Positions 36,640 through 47,276 are shown, counted from the stretch's first letter. The stretch is DNA of 64,000 nucleotides from Nannocystis bainbridge (GCF_028368995.1 NZ_JAQNDL010000005.1:480001-544000); one strand, 5' to 3'. The notes: generated from the letters alone by a model not told the origin. A program made the numbers and translations.

Positions 36640-37926
36640 TCAGTCGCCCACGGCCCTTGCCTCGGCCGCGCGCGCGTCGTCCTCTTGCCCGAGCTCGCGG
36701 TACACCTCGGCCAGGTAGCTCCAGCCCTCGCGGTAGTCCGGCATCGCCTCGAGCGAGCGGAGCAGGTGATACAGCGCCAGCCGCGGGCGCCCGAGCCGGC
36801 GCAGCGCGTTGCCGAGGTTGTTGTGCGTCGCCTCGTGGTCGGGATCGATCAGCAGCGCCTCGCAGTACGCGTTCACCACCTCGTGGTCATCCTCGAGCGC
36901 GTAGGCGTACTGAAAATGCACGTCGATGTCCCTGCAGTTGCGCCCGCGCAGCGCGGCGAAGTGCTCGAGCGCGTCCTCCCGGCGCTCCAGCGCGTGCAGC
37001 AGCCGGTGACCGGCGTTGAAGGCCTTGATGTAGGCGCACCGCGGCCCGAACAGCCGCCGCCCCTCGGCCAGCTTGAGCAGCGCCTCGTCGCCCGGCGCGT
37101 CGGGATCGTCGCGGTCGTGGTCGGACATGCCGAACGCGGTCAGCGACGGCCGCCCCGCCACCAGCGCCTGCACCGCGGCGTGGCTCGGGCCCCAGAACCC
37201 GAGCTCGGTCCACTGCGGCGGCAGCGAGGCCACGACCGACGGATCCATCGCGGTCCGGCTCTCCCACGCGACGCGGCGCAGCTGCGGGCAGTGGGCCTGC
37301 GTCAGCGAGCGCAACACCGCTGGGTCACACTCGGCGCCGCTCGCCGTCTCCGCGCACACGGCCAGGCTGGTCAGCTGCGGCAGGTCGAGCCCGGCCAGCG
37401 ACGACGTGGGGTGGAGATAGAGCCCCAGCACCAGCTCGGTCGCGTCGCGCAGCGCGTTGGCGGCGGCGACCACCTCCGTCGAATGGTCGTCCTCGCTGAG
37501 GATCTCGCCGGTGTCCTGGTCGCAGTAGTCGGCGTTGAGGTAGAATCGCGTGACCCGCTGCGGGTGCTGCCTGGCCGCCTCGATCCACGCCTCCAGCCCG
37601 CCGTCGACCACGACCTCGATCTCCTCGACCTGCGCCAGCGCCGGCGCCGTCGCTATCGCGGGCCACAGCCCCGCCGCCTCGCTGCACTTCAGGGTGACCC
37701 GCCGGACCCACCCGTCGATGATCGCCACCGTGGTGTCCTGCGGCAGCGGCCCGAGCAGCTCGGCGCGGGCCTGCTTGAGCAATTGCTGCCAGCGCTTGAT
37801 CTGCTTGGCGTCGAACTCGACCTGACCGCGGGTGGCCAGGAACTCGAGCAGCTTGGCGTGCTTCGGTCCGACCGGATCGGCGACCGTGGCGGCGGAGGAT
37901 TGGGAGGGGTTCGTGGAGCTCGTCAT
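36640..37926 (-). CDS. LRR-like + C-terminal TPR protein
   Basis: 'LPQLTSLAV', 'CPQLRRV'; TPR motif 'AL.IDPDHEATHNNLGNALRRLG...AL..MPDYREGWSYLA'. Confidence 0.75.
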   Translation of the reverse strand: MTSSTNPSQSSAATVADPVGPKHAKLLEFLATRGQVEFDAKQIKRWQQLLKQARAELLGPLPQDTTVAIIDGWVRRVTLKCSEAAGLWPAIATAPALAQVEEIEVVVDGGLEAWIEAARQHPQRVTRFYLNADYCDQDTGEILSEDDHSTEVVAAANALRDATELVLGLYLHPTSSLAGLDLPQLTSLAVCAETASGAECDPAVLRSLTQAHCPQLRRVAWESRTAMDPSVVASLPPQWTELGFWGPSHAAVQALVAGRPSLTAFGMSDHDRDDPDAPGDEALLKLAEGRRLFGPRCAYIKAFNAGHRLLHALERREDALEHFAALRGRNCRDIDVHFQYAYALEDDHEVVNAYCEALLIDPDHEATHNNLGNALRRLGRPRLALYHLLRSLEAMPDYREGWSYLAEVYRELGQEDDARAAEARAVGD

Positions 37927-38170
37927 TGGTTCGCGGGGGGACGCGGGGGACTCGTCACGCCGCGGATGCAGCGCGCGCCGACGCTAACACGGGCTCCCCC
38001 GCACGCCTGGCGGCGATGCAGCCGCGAGGAGGCAAGACTTGCCTCACTCGCGGCTCGGTCCTCGGGGATGCCATGGCCGACGCCTCGCGGGCGCTGCTGC
38101 GGTACGTACGATTGCCCCCGCTTGACAAAATTCGGCCCTCGATTGTCTATGGCGCCAGGAATCATCAGAC

Positions 38171-39721
38171 ATGGCGAAGACGCGTCGCTTCGAGCTCGTC
38201 GAGGGCTCATCGAGCAAGTTCTGGGAGATCGCGGTCGAGGGTGACAGCGTGTCCGTGTCCTACGGACGCATCGGCGCGGCGGGGACCACCAAGGACAAGT
38301 CCTTCGCCTCGACCGACGAGGCCAAGCGCGAGGCCGCGAAGCTCGTCGCCGAGAAGACGAAGAAGGGCTACGCCGAGGTCTCTTCCCCCGCCAAGCCCAA
38401 GCCCGCCGCCGCCGCGAAGCCCGCTGCCGCCGCCGCTACCAAGCCCGCCGCCAAGGCCAAGCCCGCCGCCAAGACCAAGCCCGCCGCGGAGGCGCCGAAG
38501 AAGAGCTCCGTCGCCCCGGCTGCGAAGCCCGCCGCCCTCGCCGAGGCCAAGGCTCGGGCCGCAGCGCCGGCCGCAGAAGCGCCGCGTGCCACCTCGCCGG
38601 CGATCGACGCCCTGCTCACGGCGATCCGCAAGAAGCAGCGCCCCCTCGCCGCGCAGCTGCGGGCCCCGGCCTCTGCGGGCGGGCTCAAGGCCCTCCGCGG
38701 GCTCAAGGCCCCCGCGAGCATGCTGGACCTCTACGCCAGCTTCGACGGCTCGGAGGCCGAGCTGTTCGGCGCGTATCGACTGCTGCCGGTCGCCGACATC
38801 GAGGCGACGCGCGCCCAGATGAACGGCTTGCTGGCCGAGAACCCGAAGTGGGGCACGCGCGCCGGGGCCTGGCGCGCGGAATGGCTGCCTTTCATGGCCG
38901 ACGACGACGGTCAGCTCTATTGCCTCGACCCTGCCGGCTCGCTCGACGACGGCCCGCCCGGCCAGATCCTGGCCTACGACCACGAGACGGGGGCGCAGCG
39001 CGAGTTCACCGCGTTCGACGTGCTGCTCGATCTGCTCACCGCGCTGGCCAAGAAAGGCCTCCTCGATCAGGAGTCGCAGGAAGCGAGCGACGAGGCCCGG
39101 GCCCAATACGAGACCCTCCACGCGACCGCCCGCAACGTCGGCCTGGCGAAGATGCCGCCCAAGGACCTGAAGGCGGCGATCCGCTCGATCCAGAGCCTGA
39201 CCCGGCCTGGCGAGCAGCTCGCCATCGCGTTGCCGCTCGCGCGCAAGTACCCCGCCGAGTGCGACCTCTGGGGCGCCGTCGTCGACGCCTCCTCGGCCCA
39301 GGAGGACTGGGCCCTGGTCGCGCAGGCCGCCGCCAACGCCGAGCGGCTCACGCCGTCGCGCGACCGTCCCCGCTACGCGTCGACCCTCGCCGAGGCGTTG
39401 CACCGGCTCGGCCGCGACGACGAGGCGCTGGCGGTGGTCACGACCGCCATCAAGGCCAAGAAGCACTACCTCGCCAGCGAGATCCCGAGCGACGCCGCCC
39501 CCGCGTTTCGCGTGCGCTGCCTCGAGCGCGCGACGGAGCTCCGGCCCAAGGATTACGAGCTGTGGTTCTTGCTCGGCTCCGAAACCACGGACCGCGAGCA
39601 GCGCAAGGCCGCCCTCGAACGGGTGATCGCGCTGTGCAGCGACAAGGCGCTCATCCGCTTCAACGAGTCGCGCGCCCTGCCTTTCAAGGCCCAGGCCGCG
39701 GCGCTGCTCAAGGCCAAGTGA
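38171..39721 (+). CDS. WGR domain - Ala/Lys/Pro linker - SMI1/KNR4 domain - TPR-like protein
   Basis: WGR: 'FELVEGSSSKFWEI..YGRIGAAG..KTKKGY'. SMI1/KNR4: 'LRAPAS..P..MLDLY..FDG..YRLLP..WRAEWLPFM.DDDG..YCLD'. Confidence 0.85.
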   Translation: MAKTRRFELVEGSSSKFWEIAVEGDSVSVSYGRIGAAGTTKDKSFASTDEAKREAAKLVAEKTKKGYAEVSSPAKPKPAAAAKPAAAAATKPAAKAKPAAKTKPAAEAPKKSSVAPAAKPAALAEAKARAAAPAAEAPRATSPAIDALLTAIRKKQRPLAAQLRAPASAGGLKALRGLKAPASMLDLYASFDGSEAELFGAYRLLPVADIEATRAQMNGLLAENPKWGTRAGAWRAEWLPFMADDDGQLYCLDPAGSLDDGPPGQILAYDHETGAQREFTAFDVLLDLLTALAKKGLLDQESQEASDEARAQYETLHATARNVGLAKMPPKDLKAAIRSIQSLTRPGEQLAIALPLARKYPAECDLWGAVVDASSAQEDWALVAQAAANAERLTPSRDRPRYASTLAEALHRLGRDDEALAVVTTAIKAKKHYLASEIPSDAAPAFRVRCLERATELRPKDYELWFLLGSETTDREQRKAALERVIALCSDKALIRFNESRALPFKAQAAALLKAK

Positions 39722-39782
39722 CCGCCCTCGCGGCCCGCCCCTCGCGCGCCGGCGGGGGGCTCGGTGCTCCCCTGCCGCGGCC

Positions 39783-40697
39783 TCACGACTTCGCCGCCAG
39801 CCCTTTGGCGATCCGCTGGATGTGGGCGCGGGCGAACCGGCACGGTGGGTCGTCGTCGGTCGCGGCCGGCCACAGCAGCTCCATCGTCCCGCTCGGCACC
39901 GCGAACGGCAGCGCCGTCGTGCGCAGGTGCGGCCGCACCTTGCGGATCTGCGCGGCCACCAGCGCCGGCACGGTCGCCAGCATCGCCGTGCCGTCGATCA
40001 GCGCCCCGAGGTTGGCGAACGAAGACACCGAGCAGCGGATGTTCCGCGTCTTGCCGAAGTAGTCCTCGACCACCCCGCGCAGGTCGCCGTTGTACGAGAC
40101 GATGATGTGCTCGCGGGCGAAGTACTCGCGCTCGCTCAGCTTGCGCAGCCGCGCGTGACGCGGGTCGTACAGGCAGGTGAAGCTGCCGGTGATCAGGCGC
40201 TCGCGGCGGATCGACCCCGGCAGCTCGTCGGCGACGGTGACCGCCGCGTCGAGCCCCGCGGCCAGGGCGGCGCCGACGGTGCGGAACTGGACCGGGATGG
40301 CGACCACGCGCATGCGCGGGGCCTCGCTCGCCAGCGCCTGCAACAGCCGCGGCAGCAGCCACAGCTCCGTCGAGTCCGACAGCCCGAGCCGCAGCGTGCG
40401 CTCGCTGGTCGCAGGGTCGAACGTCGGGGCCGTCAGCGCCGCATCGATGAGCGGCTGCAGGTGCGGCCGCACGCCCGCCCGCAGGCGCTCGCCGCGGCTC
40501 GTCAGCACCAGCCCGCGACCGCTGCGCACGAACAGCGGCGCGCCCACGGCGGTCGTCAGCCGGCGCAGCGCGGCGCTGACCGCCGGCTGCGTCAGGTACA
40601 GCCGCGCCGCCGCCTCGGTCACGCTGCCGGCCTCCGCGACCACGGCGAACACCCGCAGCAGGTTGAGGTCGAGGTCCCTTCCATAACTGTTGTTCAT
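39783..40697 (-). CDS. LysR family transcriptional regulator
   Basis: 'LDLNLLRVF..GSVTEAAARLYLTQPAVSAALRRL..LFVR'; divergent from the aldo/keto reductase. Confidence 0.95.
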   Translation of the reverse strand: MNNSYGRDLDLNLLRVFAVVAEAGSVTEAAARLYLTQPAVSAALRRLTTAVGAPLFVRSGRGLVLTSRGERLRAGVRPHLQPLIDAALTAPTFDPATSERTLRLGLSDSTELWLLPRLLQALASEAPRMRVVAIPVQFRTVGAALAAGLDAAVTVADELPGSIRRERLITGSFTCLYDPRHARLRKLSEREYFAREHIIVSYNGDLRGVVEDYFGKTRNIRCSVSSFANLGALIDGTAMLATVPALVAAQIRKVRPHLRTTALPFAVPSGTMELLWPAATDDDPPCRFARAHIQRIAKGLAAKS

Positions 40698-40755
40698 GTC
40701 CAGCATACATCCTATTCACTGGAGCGATGCGACGCCAGGGGCTACGTTACGGCCC

Positions 40756-41757
40756 ATGACGACTCGGACAACCAAGCTCGGCACCCACGGCCCCGCCGTC
40801 TTCCCGCTCGCTCTCGGCTGCATGGGCCTCGGCGCCGGCAGCTGGTACGGCGCCCGCGACGACGCCGAGGGCATCGCCACCATCCACGCCGCCCTCGAGC
40901 GCGGGGTCGACCTGCTCGACACCGGCGATTTCTACGGCATGGGCAAGAACGAGCTGCTGGTCGGCAAGGCGATCGCCGACCGCCGCGACCGCGTCCTGCT
41001 CAGCGTCAAGTACGGCGGCCAGCGCGGGCCCGACGGCGCCTTCCTCGGCTTCGACGCCAGCCCGGCCGCCAGCAAGACCGCGCTCGCCTACAGCCTGACC
41101 CGCCTCGGCGTCGATTACATCGACATCTACCGCCCGGCCCGCCTCGACCCGCGCGTGCCGATCGAGGACACGATCGGCGCGCTGGCCGAGCTGGTGAAGG
41201 CGGGCTACGTCCGCTACATCAGCCTGTCCGAGGTCGGCGCCGAGACGATCGCGCGCGCCGCCGCGGTCCACCCGCTGTGCGACCTGCAGATCGAGTACGG
41301 CCTGACGACCCGCGGGCCCGAGGCGACGATCATCCCGGCGCTGCGCCAGCACGGCATGGCGATGACGGCCTACGGGGTGCTGTCGCGCGGGCTGCTCACC
41401 GGCAGCAAGCCGACCGGCGACGACATGCGGGCCCACCTGCCCCGCTTCACCGGCGACAACGCGGCCAAGAACGAGCCGCTGGTGGCCGCCCTGCACCGCC
41501 TGGCCGAGGCGCGCGGGGTGTCGCCGGCCCAGCTGGCGATCGCGTGGGCGCGGGCCAAGGGCGCCGCGCAAGGCGTGACGGTGATCCCGACGATCGGCTC
41601 GCGCACGCCGCAGCAGATCGAGGACTCGATCGCAGCCCTGGCGCTCGAGCTGACCGCCGCCGAGGTCGCCGCGCTCGAGACCGCGGTGCCGGCCAAGGCC
41701 GTGGCCGGCGACCGCTACCCGGCGCCGATGATGGCCGGCCTCGACAGCGAGCGCTGA
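40756..41757 (+). CDS. Aldo/keto reductase
   Basis: 'LGCMG', 'DTGDFYG..NE', 'SLTRLGVDYIDIY', 'IEDTIGALAELVKAGYVRYISLSE'. Confidence 0.95.
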   Translation: MTTRTTKLGTHGPAVFPLALGCMGLGAGSWYGARDDAEGIATIHAALERGVDLLDTGDFYGMGKNELLVGKAIADRRDRVLLSVKYGGQRGPDGAFLGFDASPAASKTALAYSLTRLGVDYIDIYRPARLDPRVPIEDTIGALAELVKAGYVRYISLSEVGAETIARAAAVHPLCDLQIEYGLTTRGPEATIIPALRQHGMAMTAYGVLSRGLLTGSKPTGDDMRAHLPRFTGDNAAKNEPLVAALHRLAEARGVSPAQLAIAWARAKGAAQGVTVIPTIGSRTPQQIEDSIAALALELTAAEVAALETAVPAKAVAGDRYPAPMMAGLDSER

Positions 41758-41771
41758 GATAAACGTGCTCG

Positions 41772-41801
41772 AAAGGACATGTCGCCGAGGACATGTCCTT
41801 T
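41772..41801. repeat. GACATGTC-N6-GACATGTC element (perfect 12-bp inverted repeat)
   Basis: aaaggacatgtc-gccgag-gacatgtccttt, between convergent genes. Confidence 0.9.
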
Positions 41802-42648
41802 ATTTCTTCGGCGCGGGCTTCTGCCCCGGCGTCAGCTTGATGATGAAGGCCAGCGAGAACAGGTGATTGTTGTTGTCGGGGTCGCGCGGGCGGTGAATAT
41901 ACTGATTGAGGTAGCCGAACTCGACGCGCGCGGCCCGGGTCTCGTACGCCAGGCCGACGAAGATCCGGTTCTGATCGAACCCCGGCTCGGTGTAGGCCGT
42001 GCGGGCCAGGTGAAAGAAGAACTCGTCGTAGACCACCAGCTGCCACGGCGCATCTTTCTTGAAATTGACGGCCACGCGCAGCTGCTGGCGAAACCGGTGG
42101 GCCCAGCGGCCCATCCCGAGCGTCTGCGCCACCCCGTCGACGATGTCGTCGCTGCCGAGCCCGTGGGTGCGGATCCGGTGCTCCACGCGGTTGCGCCAGT
42201 TGATGTCGAGCCGGCCCTCCAGCGCCCAGCGCAGCGTCAACTGCTCGTAGATGCGGTGCTCGTCGACGTTGCGCGCGCGCGCGAACACCGGGTCGTCGAA
42301 GAAATCGGGCAACCAGATGTAACCCACGAACAGCCCGCCCCATTTGGCCCACATATAGCCGATCGCCGGGCGCACGACGGCGAACGTGTTGGGGTTCTGC
42401 CGCGTCTCGATCACATTCCCCGCCATGTCGCGGACGTATTGCAGCGGCGAGTTCATCCGCCGCAGATGAAAATCGAGCACCAGCCGCAGACCCTTGGCCT
42501 TGGCGTCGAGGTTGAGGTCGATCATCACCTGGTTCCAGATGCCCAGGTCCGGCTCGGACGGCGTGGTCGCGCTCGCCCGGCCGCCGCCGAACGCAGCGAC
42601 GCCGACGCCGACGACGAGCGGGAGCAGGCGCGAGGAGCGGCGAATCAT
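41800..42648 (-). CDS. DUF2490 family outer-membrane beta-barrel protein (paralog 1)
   Basis: Signal peptide; 'RPAIGY', 'EHRIYEQ', 'R.R.EHR', 'RFRQQLR', 'YDEFFF', 'FDQNRIFVGL.Y', 'GYLNQY'. Confidence 0.85.
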   Translation of the reverse strand: MIRRSSRLLPLVVGVGVAAFGGGRASATTPSEPDLGIWNQVMIDLNLDAKAKGLRLVLDFHLRRMNSPLQYVRDMAGNVIETRQNPNTFAVVRPAIGYMWAKWGGLFVGYIWLPDFFDDPVFARARNVDEHRIYEQLTLRWALEGRLDINWRNRVEHRIRTHGLGSDDIVDGVAQTLGMGRWAHRFRQQLRVAVNFKKDAPWQLVVYDEFFFHLARTAYTEPGFDQNRIFVGLAYETRAARVEFGYLNQYIHRPRDPDNNNHLFSLAFIIKLTPGQKPAPKK

Positions 42649-42856
42649 GGCAGTCTCGGCGCGTGTCGACCCATAAGGCCCGACCCCGCGGCGACGCTCG
42701 CGGACCTCGCCCGCGCCGCGTCCGCAGCCCCGCCGAACGCAGAGATTGACCGCGCCCCGGACGCTGCGCAGCCACCGCTGGCCGGCCAAGCACGGGCAGA
42801 CGGCCGCACGCCGCCGACCCCGCACACCGGTGATTCACGCGACCGCCGCGGCGGGC

Positions 42857-43741
42857 TCAGCGAGCGGTCGCCGGCGCGACCGCGGGCGGATGCGCCGCGT
42901 GCTTGCCGTGCCCGATCTTGATGATGAAGTTCAGCGCGAACACATGGTTCAGCTGATCCGGATCATGGAAGCGGCGCACGTACTGATTGATATAGCCGAC
43001 CTCGACGCGCACCGGCTTGGTGTCGTAGCCGATGCCGACGAACGCCCGGTTCTGATCGAAGCCCCGCTCGGTCGTGAAGGCCGTGCGGTTGAGGTGAAAG
43101 AAGAACTCGTCCCAGACGATGAGCTGCCACGGCGCGTCTCTCTTGAAATGGACGGCGAACCGGATCTGCTGGCGAAACCGGTGGGCCCAGCGATCCAGCC
43201 CCTTGTGCTGCGGCTCGCCGTCGACGATGTCGTCGCTGCCCGGCCCGTGGGAGCGGATCCGGTGCTCGAGGCGGCTGCGCGCGCCGAGGTCGAAGCGGCC
43301 CTCTCGCTGCCAGCGCAGATTGAGCTGGGTGTAGATCCGGTGCTCGTCGACGTTCTTGACCCGCGCCACCGCGCGGTCGTCGAAGAAATCCGGCTGCCAC
43401 GCGTAGCCGAGGAACAGCCCGCCCCATTTGGCCCACATGTACCCGATCGCCGGTCGCACGATCGCCACCGTGTTCGGGTTCTGCCGCGTCTCCGCCACCG
43501 CCCCCGACGGATCCTTGATGTACTGCAGCGGCGCGTTCATCCGCCGCAGCTGCAGATCGAGCGCCAGCCGCAGCCCCTTCGCCCGCGCGTCGAGGTTGGC
43601 GTCGATGAGCACCTGACTCCACATCTCGAGGTCCGGCTCGGGCGGCGCTGCGGCCCGCGCCGGCACCCCGACGAGGACCGCGGCCAGGCCGATGGCGAGT
43701 TGGAGCGAACGCGAGGACAAGGATCGGCGGCGGCGAATCAT
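42857..43741 (-). CDS. DUF2490 family outer-membrane beta-barrel protein (paralog 2)
   Basis: Same motifs as paralog 1, in tandem with it. Confidence 0.85.
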   Translation of the reverse strand: MIRRRRSLSSRSLQLAIGLAAVLVGVPARAAAPPEPDLEMWSQVLIDANLDARAKGLRLALDLQLRRMNAPLQYIKDPSGAVAETRQNPNTVAIVRPAIGYMWAKWGGLFLGYAWQPDFFDDRAVARVKNVDEHRIYTQLNLRWQREGRFDLGARSRLEHRIRSHGPGSDDIVDGEPQHKGLDRWAHRFRQQIRFAVHFKRDAPWQLIVWDEFFFHLNRTAFTTERGFDQNRAFVGIGYDTKPVRVEVGYINQYVRRFHDPDQLNHVFALNFIIKIGHGKHAAHPPAVAPATAR

Positions 43742-44839
43742 CGGAGTCACGGCGGAGTGCGGCGCTGACGAGACAAGGGCCCGGAGACGCGAGGACGGCG
43801 GTGACGTCGGCCGAGGGAGCCGGAGGAGCCGGCCGAACCGTCCGTTCGGCCCGCCTCCGGCCGGCGCGTCTCCGACTCCGACGCCCGCCTGCGCAGGCGC
43901 CGATCGCCGAAGCCCGTCGCCGCGGAGCGTGTTACGTCCAGGTCACGATCGTCACGGAGCGGGCCCGCGCGAGATCGGGCGAAAGCCCGTCGACGCCGGA
44001 GAATTCCGCCGTCCGACGCCGTCTCGCGGCAGCGGCGTCGGCGCGAAGGTGTCAGGCCGAGTTTGCAGAACGAAGGCTTTCTCGTCACACTTTCGTGACA
44101 AGCGCCGCCGACCACCTTGCCTGGGAGACCCGTGATTACACCCGTGGCATACGCCAATCGGGCCAGAACAGCATTCTGACGCACCGTACAGGTTCGTCAC
44201 ACGAATGACACAATCGCCGGGGCTGGCGGCGCCGCCCCTCGCACCGCCAGACCGCGCAGAACTTCGACGCGCAGGACCCTGCGACGAGCGGCGCATGGCG
44301 GCCGCCGGGCACCTGTGCCCGTGGCCCCCGCGGCCGCCGGTCCCCACCTCCGCGGTCGCGCCCCTCGCCGCCCGTGCCGAGCCCGCGCAGCAACGGTCGC
44401 CGCTTCCCGTCGCCCGCACGCGAATGCGTCGTTCGTCCGACTCCCACCATTCGCCTGACGCGACGCCGTCCGAACACCGCGCGCGACCCAGCGGCGCGCT
44501 CTCGAACAATGCGCATAGCAGCGCAGGCCGCGGCGCGGATCCCCGCCCTGGCGCCCGGCGGGCGCCCATGGGCGCCCGCCGGCCATTTTCGGCGGTGTGG
44601 AGCATCACGCAATCGCCAGAGCGTCGCCCCCCGATGCGTGGTCGCAGCATGATATGCATACCCGCAAGAACGACGCGCCAGCGCTCCGGCGAGGGTGTGC
44701 GCTTTCGTCGGGCCAGGCGCTCCAGCGAGCCTCGCACAGGCCCTTGCGAAGCCGGGTTCGTCCATGCGCAAGGGCGTACTCTTGGGCCCGCCATTTCGTG
44801 AAATCGCCGGTCGCTCCTCACTCGACAGAAAGGTCATCG

Positions 44840-46576
44840 ATGTCCGCGAATCTGATCCTCAAGGCTGCCAGCATCATCACGATGGACCCGGCCAGGCCGC
44901 GCGCCGAGGCCGTCGCCCTCGACACCACGACCGGCACGATCGCGGCCGTCGGCTCGCTCGCAGAAGTCCAGGCCGCGACCCCCGGCGCCCCCGTCGAGGA
45001 CCTGGGCAGGGCGGTGCTGATGCCCGGCTTCATCGATCCGCACAGCCACCCGCTGAACGGCGGCATGGTGACCCAGGCGCCGGCATACTGGATCGCGCCC
45101 TACCACGACGCTCCCAAGTACGCGACCTTCGCCGCCGTCCAGGCGTTCTGGAAGCAACTCGACGCCTCCCTCCCTGCCGATCAGCCGGTCGTCTGCAACG
45201 GCCTCGATCGGCTGCTCCAGGGCGCGCCCGAGCTCGACAACACCGATCTCGACGCTTTCTTCCCCACCCGCCTCGCGGTGGTCCTCGACAACTCCGGACA
45301 CGAGGCCTACTTCAACAGCGCCGTCATTCGCGCCAATTGGCCCGACGGCAAGCCGCCGGCAGATCCGACCGGCGCACGATATGGTCGCAACCAAGACGGC
45401 ACCTCGAACGGCCGCGCCTACGAGACCGCCGCCATCTTCGCGGCCGTCGGCAAGGTGCTCACGCAGGCGATCCCCAACCCGCTGCGATCCGGCGCGCTCT
45501 GGTACAAGCTGATGGCCGAAAATGGCATCACCATGACCACCGAGCACACCTACCAGACGGACCTGCTCAAGGGCTACATCGCCCTGTCCGCGGTGCCCGA
45601 CTCGCCGCTGCGCCTGGCCATGTACCACATGTCGATCGAGGCCGACTGCGGCGATCCGGTCGACACCGCGCCCGCGCCGAAGGATCGGCTGTGGAAGCAG
45701 GGCATCAAGCTCTGGGCCGACGGCTCGCCATGGGTCGGCACCATCGCCTCCTCGTTCCCCTACCTCGACAACGAGACGATCCGGAACGCCAAGATCCCGA
45801 TCGGCCCCGGCGGCGAGTCGATGCTCAACTACTCGCGCGCCGAGCTCGACCAGATCCTCGACCAGTTCACCCCGCTCGGTTGGCAGTTCGCCTTCCACTG
45901 CAACGGCGACGTCGGGCTCGACGTCGTCCTCGACGCCTACGCCCGCGCCCTCGCCAACCACGGCCTGCTCGGCATCGATCATCGCTGGCGCGTCGAGCAC
46001 TGCGGCGGCTGCCGCGGCGATCAGTTCGTGCGCGCCGCGGCGCTCGGCGTCACCATCTCGCTGCCGCCGTTCCAGTTCATCTACTGGGGCGACCTGCTCG
46101 ACGGCACCATGTTCCCGTCCAACATCGGCAGCCAGTGGGTGCGGGCCGGCGACGCGGTCAAGTCGGGCACGCCGGTCACCTTCCACAACGACGGCTGCGT
46201 CAGCCCGCCCGTCCCGCTGCTCAACATCCAGGCCATGGTCACGCGGCGCACCCCCTCCGGCGCCGTGCACGGCCCGGAGCAGGCGGTGAGCCTGCACGAC
46301 GCCCTGAAGGCCCACACCGTGCACGCCGCCTGGCAGCTGCGGCGCGAGCACGACCTCGGCTCGATCGCCGTCGGCAAGCTGGCGGACTTCGTCGAGCTCT
46401 CCGCCGATCCGTACACCGCCGACATCGAAAAACTCACCGATCAGGTCCAGGTGCGCGGCACCTGGTCCGGCGGCAAGAAGGTCGACCTGCGCGCCTTCAT
46501 CCTCCAGATCGAAGCCCTCGAGGCGAGCGAGCACCAGCACCTGGTCCTCCGCGCGGTCCACAAGCGCTGCTGCTGA
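44840..46576 (+). CDS. Amidohydrolase family 3 (YtcJ-like) metal-dependent hydrolase
   Basis: AAAGG RBS; 'ITMDPARPRAEAVA', 'PGFIDPHSH', 'IKLWADGS', 'FHCNGD', 'RVEHC', 'GSIAVGKLADFVEL'. Confidence 0.93.
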   Translation: MSANLILKAASIITMDPARPRAEAVALDTTTGTIAAVGSLAEVQAATPGAPVEDLGRAVLMPGFIDPHSHPLNGGMVTQAPAYWIAPYHDAPKYATFAAVQAFWKQLDASLPADQPVVCNGLDRLLQGAPELDNTDLDAFFPTRLAVVLDNSGHEAYFNSAVIRANWPDGKPPADPTGARYGRNQDGTSNGRAYETAAIFAAVGKVLTQAIPNPLRSGALWYKLMAENGITMTTEHTYQTDLLKGYIALSAVPDSPLRLAMYHMSIEADCGDPVDTAPAPKDRLWKQGIKLWADGSPWVGTIASSFPYLDNETIRNAKIPIGPGGESMLNYSRAELDQILDQFTPLGWQFAFHCNGDVGLDVVLDAYARALANHGLLGIDHRWRVEHCGGCRGDQFVRAAALGVTISLPPFQFIYWGDLLDGTMFPSNIGSQWVRAGDAVKSGTPVTFHNDGCVSPPVPLLNIQAMVTRRTPSGAVHGPEQAVSLHDALKAHTVHAAWQLRREHDLGSIAVGKLADFVELSADPYTADIEKLTDQVQVRGTWSGGKKVDLRAFILQIEALEASEHQHLVLRAVHKRCC

Positions 46577-46799
46577 TCGTCGGCATCGCCAGCCGAGGTC
46601 GTCCGGTTCGTCGTCCGTCCCGACGGCCGCCCTTCGCTGAAGGGAGCTTCGACGGGTCGGTCGGCGGCCGGTTGCTCGCCCGCGTTCGCCCGCGGCCGCC
46701 GGTGCGGCTGCCCCTGCTTCGGGGGCCGCGCAGCGCTCATGGCGAACCCCTGAACGGCGTCTGGGCACCCGCACGCTTGACAGGCCCTGCCCGTCGCCC

Positions 46800-47276
46800 A
46801 TGGTCTTCGACGTGTCACTGCCCCCCGACTCCCAGGAAGCATTGATCACACTGTTTCGCGGCGAGGCCACCGCCGTCGAAGCCTACGCTCGTGCGCTGGA
46901 GAAGTTCGCAGGTCAGCCCGAGGAGCCGACGCTCGGGGAGATCGCGGCCGGGCACCGTGAGGCGGCGGCGCGCCTCGAGACCGAGCTCAAACGCCAAGGC
47001 ATCGTCGTCCCGGAGGGTCCTGGGCCCTGGGGCGTCATATTCAACGCGCTCGGGTCGCTGACCGCCCTGGTCAATGACGAGGTCCCGCTGCAGATGCTGC
47101 AACGCGGCGAGGAGAGCGGGGTCGCCATGCACGAACAGGCCCTCGCGGCGGGCGGGTTCTCGCCCGACCTCCTGCGTCGGATACGCGACGGCATGGACCG
47201 CTGCCAGCGAAACGGCGAGCGCCTCCAGGGCCTGCGCGACGTGATCACCACGCGACCCACGCGCCCGATGATCTGA
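46800..47276 (+). CDS. Ferritin-like DUF2383/PA2169-type four-helix protein
   Basis: 'LFRGEATAVEAY..AL', 'H..AA..L', 'G.WG', 'LQRGEESG'. Confidence 0.75.
   Translation: MVFDVSLPPDSQEALITLFRGEATAVEAYARALEKFAGQPEEPTLGEIAAGHREAAARLETELKRQGIVVPEGPGPWGVIFNALGSLTALVNDEVPLQMLQRGEESGVAMHEQALAAGGFSPDLLRRIRDGMDRCQRNGERLQGLRDVITTRPTRPMI

Noticed and set aside
43750-44840. ORFs or a structured ncRNA in the 1.1-kb divergent intergenic region
   Set aside because: The ORFs lack codon bias and motifs, and I could not recognise a riboswitch or tRNA by eye; an Rfam scan is needed.
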